Shown: piece by piece, positions 1-10,284 of the stretch
Position numbering within the stretch: the stretch's first letter is position 1
Layout: the number at the start of each line of letters is the position of its first letter
From: Rubripirellula sp.
Lineage (GTDB): Bacteria > Planctomycetota > Planctomycetia > Pirellulales > Pirellulaceae
DNA length: 64,000 bases
Reading direction: 5' to 3'
Assembly: GCA_965216875.1 (NCBI GenBank)
Contig: OZ244207.1
Span: 1,152,001 to 1,216,000 of the forward strand
The notes under the pieces: model-generated
What the model saw: only the letters and a program-made list of their open reading frames with translations
Database searches by the model: none
What the model was told of the DNA's origin: nothing
Program-made: the position numbers and the translations under genes

Positions 1-2105
1 GCATCGTCCGCATCATTGGGTGCGGGCAAAAAGTCGGGGAACCTCGAAAAGACTTCGGTCTCCGTCGGCTTGTTGTAAAGTCCACGCGAGAGAATGAAGG
101 TCTTGCGCGGTTTGGCCATGTCTTCCATTGTCATGACCTTGGGGATTTGCTTGTCGATGTTTTCGCGTTCTTTGACACTGCTGTCGCGATCGTTCAAGAG
201 TTTGACGTAGTCACTTGAGGTGCGTCGATGAGCGTCAGCGAGCAGTTTCTTCTGTTCGTTGTTGCGTTCGTCGGGCGTTGTGCGCAAAGCGACAATGAGC
301 TTTTCGTTTGGCGCGGCCATCTCGACGTCTTCACGCTCGGTAAGCGAGATACGAAAGCGGCCAAGGTTGTGCTGAGCGAAACGTGAGTCGTGGCTGAGCG
401 TCAGTGTGACTTCGGCGTCTTGCATTCCCGTGAGCGGCTTGTCAAAGGCAAACACGGCGGTGTGTTCGCGGTCGACCGTTCTTCCCTCGTGGACGGCCCA
501 GCCCGATTTGGGGTCATCGTCAAAGACGTTTTCGATTTTGAAACCGTTTTGCTCGTAGGTTGCTTTTCCGCGAGCAATCTTGATTGGTTCCGACTCGTCC
601 GCGTCTTTCCTTTTGACCTCAATCTTGAGCGAGGTGAGGACAAAGTTGCCACTATCGCTGCGTGCCAAGCCGTTCTTGGTCATCGTCTTGTGACGCAACG
701 CTTCGATACGCAATGCCGAGACCTGGTCGAGATTCGATTGAGCGACGTAGGTGTAGGTATCGTTCGGTGGGCTCCAGCCAGCGGCAAGTACGGAGTTGTC
801 GTCAAGAATCTTGAGGTTCGCGTTCTTGGCGAATGCGGTTTGAGGTTTGAGTGGTTTCCAGGCCAGGTCGGCCGTGACTTTATCAAGTTCAGCGATCTCC
901 CAATCACGCTGCGTCTTGGCAAACTCGTCGGCGATCATCTTCATTTGACCGTCAAGCTTGGCGATCTTTTCATCAAGCTCGGCCAAGCGGTTTGTTTGTT
1001 CGGTACTTGGTGCGTCGATGAAGGGTGCGGTCTGCGGGTTGCCGCCCGCCCCGGTCACAGGCGTTTGGTTGAAGAATGAAAAGAGCTCGTAGTATTCTTG
1101 GTTGGTGATCGGGTCGTACTTGTGGTCGTGGCATCGACAGCAGTTCAGCGTCATGCCCAACCAGACCGTTCCCATCGTCTCGGTCATGTCCATGACATAT
1201 TCGACGCGGTTTTCTTCGGCGATGCGGCCACCTTCGCCATTGATCATGTGGTTGCGACAAAAGCCGGTCGCCATCTTTTGTTGGTTGGTTGCGTCGGGCA
1301 ACAAGTCGCCAGCCAATTGCCAAACCGTGAACTTGTCGTAGGGCAAGTTGTCGTTGAACGATTGGACAACCCAGTCGCGCCACGGCCACATCGTCCGTTC
1401 GTTATCGCCTTGGTAGCCGTTGGTGTCAGCGTAGCGAGCTGCGTCGAGCCAGTCCCAAGCCATGCGTTGTCCATAGGCAGGCGACTTGAGCAAGCGATCA
1501 ACCAATCGTTCGTAGGCAAGCGGTTGGTTGTCCGCGAGAAAGGCATCGACTTGTTCGGGTGTGGGGGGCAGCCCCGTCAGGTCGAGCGAAAGGCGGCGGA
1601 TCAATGTGCGTTTGTTTGCTTCGTGCGATGGTGCCATCGCACGCGAAACAAGTTGCTGTTGAACGAACGCGTCAATCGGGTTTTTTCGCAGTGGCAGCCA
1701 ATCGGGTTGGGCAGCAGGTTCTTCGGGGCGCTCAATGGGACGAAAGGCCCAGTGTTGGTCCCACTGGGCACCTTCATCGATCCAGAGACCAATCAATTCA
1801 ATCTGCTCGGGGGTGAGCGAACGATTCGAATCGACCGGTGGCATCCGAATGTCTTCGTCATCGGTGGTGAGTCGATCAAACAACTCGCTCGCGTGACGGT
1901 CTGATGCTTCGATCACGGCGGCGATCCCGTCGGCGGTATCGACGCGGAGGTCGGCGGCTCGATTTGCGGCATCTGGGCCATGACAGAAGGCACAATTCTC
2001 AGAGAGGATTGGGCGAATGTCACGGACAAAGTCGACTGGATCCTCGGCAAAGCAGGTAGCAACCAGCCCGAGGCTCAAAAAGACTGAAGAAAGGTTTCGA
2101 TACAC
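1..2105 (-). CDS. Planctomycete cytochrome c / DUF1549 (PSCyt2)-type protein, probably with DUF1553 (PSD1); 3' end runs off the window
   Basis: Missing from the ORF track because its stop lies beyond the window edge. Manual translation from GTG 2105 gives a signal-like N-terminus, then 'VDFVRDIRPILSENCAFCHGPD' (CxxCH) and later 'GERMAWDWLDAARYADTNGYQGD...WRDWVV...LAGDLL...LNCCRCHDHKYDP'. Confidence 0.9.
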   Translation of the reverse strand, partial: MYRNLSSVFLSLGLVATCFAEDPVDFVRDIRPILSENCAFCHGPDAANRAADLRVDTADGIAAVIEASDRHASELFDRLTTDDEDIRMPPVDSNRSLTPEQIELIGLWIDEGAQWDQHWAFRPIERPEEPAAQPDWLPLRKNPIDAFVQQQLVSRAMAPSHEANKRTLIRRLSLDLTGLPPTPEQVDAFLADNQPLAYERLVDRLLKSPAYGQRMAWDWLDAARYADTNGYQGDNERTMWPWRDWVVQSFNDNLPYDKFTVWQLAGDLLPDATNQQKMATGFCRNHMINGEGGRIAEENRVEYVMDMTETMGTVWLGMTLNCCRCHDHKYDPITNQEYYELFSFFNQTPVTGAGGNPQTAPFIDAPSTEQTNRLAELDEKIAKLDGQMKMIADEFAKTQRDWEIAELDKVTADLAWKPLKPQTAFAKNANLKILDDNSVLAAGWSPPNDTYTYVAQSNLDQVSALRIEALRHKTMTKNGLARSDSGNFVLTSLKIEVKRKDADESEPIKIARGKATYEQNGFKIENVFDDDPKSGWAVHEGRTVDREHTAVFAFDKPLTGMQDAEVTLTLSHDSRFAQHNLGRFRISLTEREDVEMAAPNEKLIVALRTTPDERNNEQKKLLADAHRRTSSDYVKLLNDRDSSVKERENIDKQIPKVMTMEDMAKPRKTFILSRGLYNKPTETEVFSRFPDFLPAPNDADD

Positions 2106-2264
2106 GATTTGCGGAGAGCAAGGGGGAGGGAGGGGCGTAGATCCTATTCTACTTCAATTCCGCAGTAGTCTCGTGGTGGGGGGCAAGACGAGATTCTATA
2201 CAAGCCCGCAGTGCAAGCAAGTGAGATTTGCGGGTGGTTGTTTGTTGTCCCGCGTTTTGGCGGG

Positions 2265-2675
2265 CGTAGCTACCTTCGCCAGAAGGTGGGGCCCGTCGGT
2301 AGACCGCGTTCTGTTGTCACCACGCTCTGGCGAGCGTAGCACGTTGGGTCATGCGCGATGGGAGTCGGGTGTAGGGCCCGACGCTAGCGCGTTCGGCTCA
2401 CTGTTTGTTGTGCTTATGCGGAAGGGCGTAGCTACCTTCGCCAGAAGGTGGGCGTGTGAGGAGGCCGCTTTCTGTTGTCACCACGCTCTGGCGAGCGTAG
2501 CTACGTTGGGTCATGCGCGATGGGAGTCGAGTGTCGGGTGTAGGGCCCGACGCTTGCGCGTTCGGCTCACTGTTTGTTGTGCTTAGGCGGAAGGACGTAG
2601 CTACCTTCGCCAGAAGGTGGATCGTGTCGGTAGACCGCACTCTGGTGTCACCACGCTCTGGCGAGCGTAGCTACG
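2265..2675. repeat. Tandem composite REP/BIME-like array, about 2.5 units of ~165 bp
   Basis: Three copies of CGTAGCTACCTTCGCCAGAAGGTGG-(29-30 nt)-CCACGCTCTGGCGAGCGTAGC(T)ACG, separated by a conserved linker containing GGGCCCGACGCT(A/T)GCGCGTTCGGCTCAC. Confidence 0.9.
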
Positions 2676-2708
2676 AAGATCAGGTCCGGCCGCTTGCGTG
2701 ATCGTGGG

Positions 2709-4799
2709 TTATGTATCGGCTCGCGCCTCTTCGGTGGGGCCTTGGGCTGTCAAGACAACCGTTGACCTTGGTTGGACTTTGTAGCTGGTTCGCTTGCCAA
2801 TGCCGGTCGGATCGCCGATGTCGTTGGGAGATTCAAGCGACGTATCGATCACGCGCATCCATGGTTCGAAACCATCGGGGAGATTGGGAATCTCGAACGC
2901 AATTTCTTGCCAGTAGGCATTGAAGATCAGGTGGTACCACTTGTCACTATTTTCAACCGTGAAGGCGACCGAGTGCGATGCGTGCCCCCAATCGGGTTGC
3001 TCGAGTTTGGCGCCGTGCCAGCGAACTTGGGAACGCGAAATCACTTCATCGAGACTGAGTCCCGGATCGTGGCGATCGGGTAAGCCCTTGCGGTATTCGA
3101 TCAAACACCGGACAAACCGCAGCAGGTCCTCATGCTGCTTAACGAGTTTCCAATCAAACCAACTGATGTCGTTGTCTTGGCAATAGGCGTTGTTGTTTCC
3201 CTTTTGCGTGCGTCGTACTTCGTCGCCCATCACGGTCATCGGCACACCCAAGGCAAGCACGTTGATGGTGAACAGGTTTTTCATCTGCTTGACACGCAAG
3301 CGTTCGATTTCGACGTCGTCGGTTGGTCCTTCGACGCCGCAATTCCAGCTGATGTTTTCGTTGTGGCCGTCGCGGTTGTCTTCGCCATTGTCGAGATTGC
3401 GTTTTTCGGTGTACGACACCAAATCGTTCATCGTGAACCCGTCATGTGAGGTGACGAAATTGATGCTTTGTTCGGGTTCGCGATTGCGATGTCCGTAAAT
3501 GTCGGGGCTGGCCAAGAACCGTTTGGCAAAGGTACCGGCGTGGCCTTCATCTCCTTTGACGAACGCACGGACGTCGTCTCGGAAGCGGCCGTTCCATTCT
3601 TTCCAGTGGTCGCCAAAGAAATTGCCCACTTGGTACAGCCCGGCCGCGTCCCATGCTTCGGCGATGAGTTTCGTTCCACTCAGGACAGGGTCGGTTTCGA
3701 TGTCCCAAAGGATTGGCGGATTGGCTTGCGGGTGACCATTGATGTCCCGGGAAAGGACCGATGCGAGGTCGAACCGAAAACCGTCGACATGCATTTCCGT
3801 CACCCAGTAGCGAAGGCTATCCAAGATCAGGCGTCGAACGACTGCGTGGTTCCCGTTAAGTGTGTTACCGCAACCACTGAAGTTTGCATAGTGACTTCCG
3901 TTGCGCCGGTTTTTCAGATCGTTTTCGAGAATGTAGTAGGCCGAGTTTTCGAGACCCTTGAAGCAAAACGTTGGTCCGACCTCGTTGCCTTCCGCGGTAT
4001 GGTTGTAGACCACGTCCAACAACACTTCGATGCCCGCTTTGTGAAGTGCTTTGACCATGTCGCGAAATTCATTCAAGACTTCCAATGGGTCGCCGCTCGA
4101 TGAGTAACCGTGGTGCGGTGCAAAGAACGAAACGGGGTTGTATCCCCAGTAGTTGGTCAGGCCCGCGTGGGCTTCTTGCGGGTCGAATTGAAAAACGGGC
4201 AGCAGCTCAACGGCGGTGATGCCGAGTTCTTTTAGATAGGGGATCTTTTTTGCCAAGCCACGGAAGGTGCCGCGATCCTTTTTGAGAATCCGTGAACTGG
4301 CGTGCCGCGTGAAGCCGCCGACATGCATCTCGTAGATGATTGTGTCGCGAAAGGGGCGGTACAGAGGCTCGTCCCCTTCCCAGTCGTAGGTTGATAGATC
4401 GGCAACCACGCTCTTCATGGCAAAGGCACAGTTGTCGCCCGGTTCCGCACCGGCTTGGCGATCAAATCGATCGGGAACGGCTACCGCGCGTCCATAGGGA
4501 TCGAGCAGCACTTTGCTGGAGTCGTAGCGCAATCCGTCATTGGGCTGGAAAGGACCGCGAGCCCGATAGGCGTAAACCTGGCCCGCTTTGAGTCCAGGGA
4601 CCTTCACATGCCAATAATGAAACGTGCGATGATTGGTCGCATCAAGGGCGATGGTGCGCGATGGTTTGGCGTCGTTGGCATCGTCAAACAGCAGAAGCTC
4701 GAGCGAATCGCAGCTCTTGGAGTGGACGCTGAAGTTGACACCGTCTGCTTGTAAGGTCGCCCCGAGAGGGAACGTGTTACCGGGAGTCACTTTGGGCAT
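2709..4799 (-). CDS. glgX: Glycogen debranching enzyme GlgX (GH13 isoamylase type)
   Basis: PLGAT...GVNFSV, LLDPYGRAV, IIYEMHVGGFT, NYWGYNP, DVVYNHTAEG, VDGFRFDLAS, INFVTSHDGFT, GNNNAYCQDN. Confidence 0.96.
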   Translation of the reverse strand: MPKVTPGNTFPLGATLQADGVNFSVHSKSCDSLELLLFDDANDAKPSRTIALDATNHRTFHYWHVKVPGLKAGQVYAYRARGPFQPNDGLRYDSSKVLLDPYGRAVAVPDRFDRQAGAEPGDNCAFAMKSVVADLSTYDWEGDEPLYRPFRDTIIYEMHVGGFTRHASSRILKKDRGTFRGLAKKIPYLKELGITAVELLPVFQFDPQEAHAGLTNYWGYNPVSFFAPHHGYSSSGDPLEVLNEFRDMVKALHKAGIEVLLDVVYNHTAEGNEVGPTFCFKGLENSAYYILENDLKNRRNGSHYANFSGCGNTLNGNHAVVRRLILDSLRYWVTEMHVDGFRFDLASVLSRDINGHPQANPPILWDIETDPVLSGTKLIAEAWDAAGLYQVGNFFGDHWKEWNGRFRDDVRAFVKGDEGHAGTFAKRFLASPDIYGHRNREPEQSINFVTSHDGFTMNDLVSYTEKRNLDNGEDNRDGHNENISWNCGVEGPTDDVEIERLRVKQMKNLFTINVLALGVPMTVMGDEVRRTQKGNNNAYCQDNDISWFDWKLVKQHEDLLRFVRCLIEYRKGLPDRHDPGLSLDEVISRSQVRWHGAKLEQPDWGHASHSVAFTVENSDKWYHLIFNAYWQEIAFEIPNLPDGFEPWMRVIDTSLESPNDIGDPTGIGKRTSYKVQPRSTVVLTAQGPTEEARADT

Positions 4800-4866
4800 C
4801 TGTAAAAATCCAAGTCGAGCATCACTGGGCTGTCGTCGGTAGTTTAACCTGGATGCCTACGCGAGA

Positions 4867-6378
4867 GTGAGTGCTGAGCGAATGTTGGCGGCGTTTCCCG
4901 ATCCCATTATCGAGTGGTTTGATCATTTCGGTTGGCAGACGATTACGGTCGTCTCGGTGTTCGTCGTTTTGTTGCATGCCCTGGCCATCACATCGGCGCT
5001 GCACGCGATCAGCAATGTCCGCACTTCGCAGGCGGCGGTCGGTTGGACGGTCGGGTTATTGACGCTGCCGATGATGACGCTCCCGCTGTATTGGGTTTTC
5101 GCACGCCACCGGTTTTACGGTTATCGCGAGGCGATTCGAGACGTCGGACGCCGGCATCGTGAGTCGGTGACGGCCGTCCAGAAGGCACTGCTCACACCGC
5201 GAAACATCAGCACGGCCGAACACGAGCGCTCGATCGATCGTGTCGCCGATGTGTTGGACACGCCTGTCTCGACCGGCAATCAGTTCGAAGTGCTTGTTGA
5301 CGGCGAAGCCTCGTTTGATGAAATCTTGGCGTCGATTCAGTCGGCCGAGCACTACGTGTACATCGCGTTTTTTATCATTCGCGACGATGCTCTTGGAAAC
5401 CGCTTTGCCGATGCGCTGATCGAGCGTGGTCGCGCTGGCGTGACCGTTCGATTGCTTTATGACGAAGTCGGTTCGATCCGTCTGCCGAAACGCTACTGCA
5501 AACGTTTGGTGGATGCGGGAGTCGAGGTTCGCTCGTTCAATACGCGACAAGGTTTCGTCAACCGATTCCAAATCAACTTTCGCAATCATCGAAAGATCGT
5601 TGTGATTGATGGCAAGACCGCGATCGTCGGCGGATTGAACGTTGGCGACGAATACCTGGGCGAAACGGCTGGGCTTGAATCTTGGCGAGACACGGCGGTG
5701 GTCGCGCGCGGTCCGATCGCCAAACAAGTGCAGGCCGTTTTTGCAGCCGACTATTACTGGGCCGCACGTTGTGATTTGCCCGAAGCGGATTGGCAGCTTG
5801 CCCAAGATGTCGATCGCGAACCGTCGTGCAGTGGTCGGGGGGAGGTCTGTGCAACCGGACCGGCAGACAAGCGGCCGCGCGCTTCGATGATGTTTTCGGC
5901 CGCTGCCGCTGCCGCCAAGAAACGGTTGTGGATCAGTACGCCGTATCTGGTTCCCGATGAAGCTGTCATGATCGCACTTCATATGGCTCGTGCACGCGGC
6001 GTGGACGTTCGAATCTTGATTCCGAACAAGGCCGATCACTTTGCCGTATACCTGGCAGGCTTTCACTACGAACAAGAGTTGGGTGAGGTGGGGATTGAGG
6101 TGTATCGCTATGAATCGGGGTTTCTGCATCAAAAGTGCGTGTTGGTTGACGATGACCTTGCGCTGATCGGGTCGACCAACTTGGACAATCGTTCGTTGCA
6201 CCTTAACTTTGAATTAATGGTCGCGTTTGAGGAGACCGATGCGGTTGCCGAGGTCTTTACGATGCTGCAAAACGATTTTGAAAAGGCATCCCGAAGCGTC
6301 GGCGAGCACAAGCCAGTGCGTCGTTGGTTCGAGCGGGCAGGAACGGCAGTCGCGAGACTTTTTAGCCCCGTCCTGTGA
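4867..6378 (+). CDS. cls: Cardiolipin synthase (phospholipase D family)
   Basis: Two N-terminal TM segments, two HKD motifs (HRKIVVID, HQKCVLVD) and GSTNLDNRSLHLNFE. The exact start codon is uncertain. Confidence 0.92.
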   Translation: MSAERMLAAFPDPIIEWFDHFGWQTITVVSVFVVLLHALAITSALHAISNVRTSQAAVGWTVGLLTLPMMTLPLYWVFARHRFYGYREAIRDVGRRHRESVTAVQKALLTPRNISTAEHERSIDRVADVLDTPVSTGNQFEVLVDGEASFDEILASIQSAEHYVYIAFFIIRDDALGNRFADALIERGRAGVTVRLLYDEVGSIRLPKRYCKRLVDAGVEVRSFNTRQGFVNRFQINFRNHRKIVVIDGKTAIVGGLNVGDEYLGETAGLESWRDTAVVARGPIAKQVQAVFAADYYWAARCDLPEADWQLAQDVDREPSCSGRGEVCATGPADKRPRASMMFSAAAAAAKKRLWISTPYLVPDEAVMIALHMARARGVDVRILIPNKADHFAVYLAGFHYEQELGEVGIEVYRYESGFLHQKCVLVDDDLALIGSTNLDNRSLHLNFELMVAFEETDAVAEVFTMLQNDFEKASRSVGEHKPVRRWFERAGTAVARLFSPVL

Positions 6379-6608
6379 GTTGCAAAACGAATCTGCTTGA
6401 AATCGCGTGGTTTGCAGTTCACATTGATCCACGGTTTTCCTACGGACGCGACGAGGCTGTTTCAATGGCGATGGCGGCAAACATGACGCTCTTGGCAAGA
6501 CTCGGTAGGACGAGCGAACTGCAAGGCAAAAAAATCACTGTCTCGCTGCCAAGATGATCGGCTGGCTGACGAAACACCCATCTGATTGACAACATAGGAA
6601 TCGGTTCA

Positions 6609-7553
6609 CTGGAAGAAGTTGCCAACTTATCGAGCGTTTCAAAGCACTACGGCAACGTCGCCGCATTGCGAGAGGTATCGCTGCGCATCCCAACCGGGGT
6701 GACGGGGCTGCTCGGGCCAAACGGCTCCGGCAAGAGCACGCTGATCAAATCGTTGCTTGGATTGGTGGCCACCCAGTCGGGCAGCGGTTCGGTTCTCGGC
6801 CACGCTTGGCCGGTCGAGGCGAGGGCGATTCGTGACGATGTCGGCTATCTGCCCGAAGATGATTGCTACATCGCTGGGCTTTCCGGCGTCGATTCGATTG
6901 CCTTTATGGCACAACTCTCGGGGCTGCCCGGTACCGAAGCGCTTCGCCGCGCTCATGAGATTGCTGACTTTTGCGACATCGCCGAAGAACGGTATCGCGA
7001 AATCGAGACGTATTCGACCGGCATGCGTCAGAAACTCAAGTTTGCCCAGGCACTGGTTCACGACCCGCCGCTGTTGATTCTTGACGAGCCGACCACGGGG
7101 CTCGACCCCGATCAACGCGCCTCGATGCTTAGCCGGATCAAGACGCTGGCGACCCAGTACGGCAAGTCGGTGATTCTCTCGACCCATATCTTGCCCGATG
7201 TGCGCCAAGTCTGTGACTACGTGATCATGCTTGTCGGTGGACAGGTTCGTATCTCGGACACGCTTGATAACCTGAGTCGACCTGCTGAGCCGACTTTACA
7301 TGTTTCGGTGCTGGGGGAGAGTCATGCGTTTCAACGTCGCTTGATTGAAAACCGGCACAACGTGACCGAAGAGGCCGATGGGGCACTTCGCATCGAAGGC
7401 ATTGACGAATCTCAAATCGCTTTGGTTTGGCAGTGGGCGGCGGAGACCGAAACGTCCATTCGTCGATTGCAGCCCGCCCAGAATTCGCTGGACAAGATCT
7501 TTTTCGAAGCGGCCTCGTCCGCGGTTGCGGAGGGCGCCCATGCCAGTTCATGA
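6609..7553 (+). CDS. ABC transporter ATP-binding protein; start possibly the non-canonical CTG at 6609 (first standard start is TTG 6666)
   Basis: Walker A GPNGSGKS, signature YSTGMRQK, Walker B LLILDEP, H-loop STHIL. The in-frame upstream 'LEEVANLSSVSKHYGNVAALREVSL' looks like a normal ABC N-terminus. Confidence 0.9.
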   Translation: MEEVANLSSVSKHYGNVAALREVSLRIPTGVTGLLGPNGSGKSTLIKSLLGLVATQSGSGSVLGHAWPVEARAIRDDVGYLPEDDCYIAGLSGVDSIAFMAQLSGLPGTEALRRAHEIADFCDIAEERYREIETYSTGMRQKLKFAQALVHDPPLLILDEPTTGLDPDQRASMLSRIKTLATQYGKSVILSTHILPDVRQVCDYVIMLVGGQVRISDTLDNLSRPAEPTLHVSVLGESHAFQRRLIENRHNVTEEADGALRIEGIDESQIALVWQWAAETETSIRRLQPAQNSLDKIFFEAASSAVAEGAHASS

Positions 7554-8553
7554 TCTTGGCTACCGCCGCTGGGATGGCGACCGTATGCCGCGCATCCTGC
7601 GGCCGCTTGACGTTGCTCGCAGTGGTATCTCGCTGATTTGGAAAAAGCGTGCGCTGCGTTTGATGCTGATGCTCTCTTGGCTTCCGGTGTTGCTTCCGGC
7701 AATGGCGATTTTCGCGTTCGAGTACTCGACCACAAGTCGTGAAGCGAGCACGTTCATGCGGGGAATGCTTGGCAATCCCTTCGTTGGTCAGTACGACCTT
7801 GCGGCGATGGCGTCACAGGACCCATCGAGTGCGCGTCATGATGTTTGGGCGACGTTGATCCTTTTCTTTTTCCGGTACCCGCAGCTCAGTGTGATGGTCC
7901 TGTTGGTAGGGCTTATCGCACCGGCATTGATCTCTTATGACCTGCGTACCAAGGCCTACTTGCTTTACTTTTCGCGGCCGCTGACACCCCTTGAATACAT
8001 CCTTGGCAAGTCGGCTGTGATTTGGTTTTTCCTTTTCATGGTTGTGACGCTGCCGGCGATAGGTGCCTATTTTGTTGGCGTGATGCTGTCGCCTGACTTG
8101 TCGGTGGTGGCTGATACCTGGGATATACCGCTGCGCATTTTGGGGGCGACCGTTGTCTTGGTCGTGCCTGCCACCGCGATTGCTCTTTGCTATTCTGCGT
8201 TCACTGGCGAAAGTCGTTACGCCATGTTCGCATGGTTTGCGACTTGGGTCATGGGTTTCGTTTCGTATCAGATCTTGACCTTTGCTGGAGCCCGTCGACC
8301 GAGGCCTGGGCCCCGCGGTCCGCGAGGTCGCCGTGGTCCGCCTGAAGAATTTCGTTGGGAAGACATCGGTGTCGATCTTGATCGGTTTCGACTGCTCTCG
8401 CCCTATCACACGTTGGGCAAGGTCGAAGCGTGGATCTTTGGGCTCGATCCGACACCCGGCAGTGTGGTGCCTGGGATGATCGTGCTCGTTGTCTTGACGG
8501 TTGCCGGTTACTGGATCGTTCGTCGACGCATCATCGCGAGGTTGAGTGTCTGA
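7540..8553 (+). CDS. ABC-2 type transporter permease
   Basis: Start MPVHDLGYRRW overlaps the ATPase stop; multiple TM helices; 'ISYDLRTKAYLLYFSRPLTPLEYILGK' is typical of ABC-2 permeases. Confidence 0.88.
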   Translation: MPVHDLGYRRWDGDRMPRILRPLDVARSGISLIWKKRALRLMLMLSWLPVLLPAMAIFAFEYSTTSREASTFMRGMLGNPFVGQYDLAAMASQDPSSARHDVWATLILFFFRYPQLSVMVLLVGLIAPALISYDLRTKAYLLYFSRPLTPLEYILGKSAVIWFFLFMVVTLPAIGAYFVGVMLSPDLSVVADTWDIPLRILGATVVLVVPATAIALCYSAFTGESRYAMFAWFATWVMGFVSYQILTFAGARRPRPGPRGPRGRRGPPEEFRWEDIGVDLDRFRLLSPYHTLGKVEAWIFGLDPTPGSVVPGMIVLVVLTVAGYWIVRRRIIARLSV

Positions 8554-9491
8554 TGATGATGCAGCTTTCCAATGTCACGCGGCTCTACAAGAACGTGATT
8601 GGCGTCAACGATTTGAACATTGAGCTCCCCGCGGGCGCTTACGGACTGGTCGGGCCGAATGGTTCGGGAAAAACGACGTTGATCAACCTGTTGACTGGGC
8701 AGCTCAAGCCGACGATCGGGGCGGTTTCGGTTTTTGGCCGAACGCCTTGGAAGCACCGCGAACTGCTTCGCAACATGGGGCTTTGTCCTGCGACCGACGT
8801 GCTCTATCCCAACGTGTCGGCGCGTGAATGGGTGCGGTACCAGGTTCGACTGCATGGGTTTTCGCACGCCGAAAGTCGGCAGATGGCAGACGAAGCGCTC
8901 GAGATCGTCGGGATGAGTGATCGCATGCACCGTCCGATGGGAACGTATTCGCTGGGGATGCGGCAACGGGCCAAGATTGCCCAGGCGATCGCACACCGCC
9001 CCGACTTGTTGATTCTTGACGAGCCGTACAACGGACTGGATCCGGTCGGCCGCTACGAGATGACCGAACTGCTCAAGACATGGACAAAGGAAGGCAAGAG
9101 TTTGCTGTTTGCGAGTCACGTGTTGCACGAAATCGAGGCGATCACTTCATCGTTTCTGTTGATCTTTGGCGGACGGCTGCTCGCATCGGGGACGGCAAGT
9201 GAAATCGAAGGCATCCTCGCCGACACGCCGCAGGAAATCGCCTTGATCGGTCCCGACGTTCCGAAACTGATTCATCGACTGGCCGAGGAAACTTGGGTCG
9301 ACTCGCTGCAGCTGCAAGAGAACCGAACGTTGTTGAAGGTGGCACTTCGCGATCCTTCGCAATTGTTTAGCCGATTGGCAGGCTGGATTACGGAAGACAA
9401 CTTGCAGATCGATCGCTTTCAAACTGCCGATGGAAACTTGACGGCACTGTTTGAATCGTTGCTGCGGCATCATCGAGGAGAGACGCTATGA
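8553..9491 (+). CDS. ABC transporter ATP-binding protein
   Basis: TGATG overlap with the upstream stop; GPNGSGKT, YSLGMRQR, LLILDEP, SHVL. Confidence 0.92.
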   Translation: MMMQLSNVTRLYKNVIGVNDLNIELPAGAYGLVGPNGSGKTTLINLLTGQLKPTIGAVSVFGRTPWKHRELLRNMGLCPATDVLYPNVSAREWVRYQVRLHGFSHAESRQMADEALEIVGMSDRMHRPMGTYSLGMRQRAKIAQAIAHRPDLLILDEPYNGLDPVGRYEMTELLKTWTKEGKSLLFASHVLHEIEAITSSFLLIFGGRLLASGTASEIEGILADTPQEIALIGPDVPKLIHRLAEETWVDSLQLQENRTLLKVALRDPSQLFSRLAGWITEDNLQIDRFQTADGNLTALFESLLRHHRGETL

Positions 9492-10270
9492 ATCCTGCCT
9501 TGATGCTTGACGTGGTTCGTTTTGAACTTGCCCGTTCATTGACGGTTGGCCGCATCGCGATTTGGTTCGTGTTGACCGCGTTTCCGATTTTTCTGTCGGC
9601 CGGCATCCGTGTGATCGCGCAAGTCGCTCAGGCCAATGGCGGGCAAATCCATCCCGAGGAGTGGGGGCTGACCCTCTACTTCATGACCGAGGTGATCTGT
9701 TTGCTAAGTTTGCTGCTGTGGGCGACGCCGGTGATCAGCACCGAAATCGAAGGGCAAACGTGGATCTATCTGGCGATGCGTCGTTCCGGTCGATCGATGG
9801 TGCTGCTGGGTAAGTACCTGACCGCAATCATTTGGACGCTCGCCGCGACCCTCATATCAGTCACGGTATGCAGCCTCATCATGGCCCCGTTTGGCGGGTT
9901 TCGACTGTGGTCGGTGATGTGCATCGTCACCACTCTTTCTGTCGTTTCGCATGCAGCGCTTTATCTGCTGATCGGAACGCTGTTTTTCAAACGCACGATG
10001 GTGACTGCGGTTTTCTACACGCTGACGATCGAGTGGGGGATGTCGTTCGTGCCAGCGCTGGCTAACAAGATCACGATCAACTATCGGCTTCGCGGACTCC
10101 TCGCCGACTGGATGAATTGGGAAGAGGTGCGATCTCAGGCCGAAACGATCTTTGGCAATGAGCCCGCCTGGACGCATCTGTTGGTCCTCTTCGCCATTAC
10201 GGTCACCTTGATCGGTGTCGCTCTGTTCCGCATGGGGCACAGCGAATTCCCGACCGTGCAAGAGGCGTAG
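9488..10270 (+). CDS. ABC-2 type transporter permease
   Basis: ATGA overlap; about 6 TM helices; 'ISTEIEGQTWIYLAMR...LLGKY'. Confidence 0.87.
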   Translation: MNPALMLDVVRFELARSLTVGRIAIWFVLTAFPIFLSAGIRVIAQVAQANGGQIHPEEWGLTLYFMTEVICLLSLLLWATPVISTEIEGQTWIYLAMRRSGRSMVLLGKYLTAIIWTLAATLISVTVCSLIMAPFGGFRLWSVMCIVTTLSVVSHAALYLLIGTLFFKRTMVTAVFYTLTIEWGMSFVPALANKITINYRLRGLLADWMNWEEVRSQAETIFGNEPAWTHLLVLFAITVTLIGVALFRMGHSEFPTVQEA

Positions 10271-10284
10271 GCTGCCTTGACCTG

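Noticed and set aside
390..1904. Plus-strand ORFs of 229 and 268 aa
   Set aside because: Antisense shadows of the minus-strand PSCyt/DUF1549 gene, which carries the recognisable motifs.
2265..2675. CRISPR array (repeats with ~30-nt variable spacers)
   Set aside because: The arms are inverted rather than direct repeats, spacers 1-3 resemble each other, the same unit is dispersed elsewhere, and no cas genes are present. It is REP/BIME-like.
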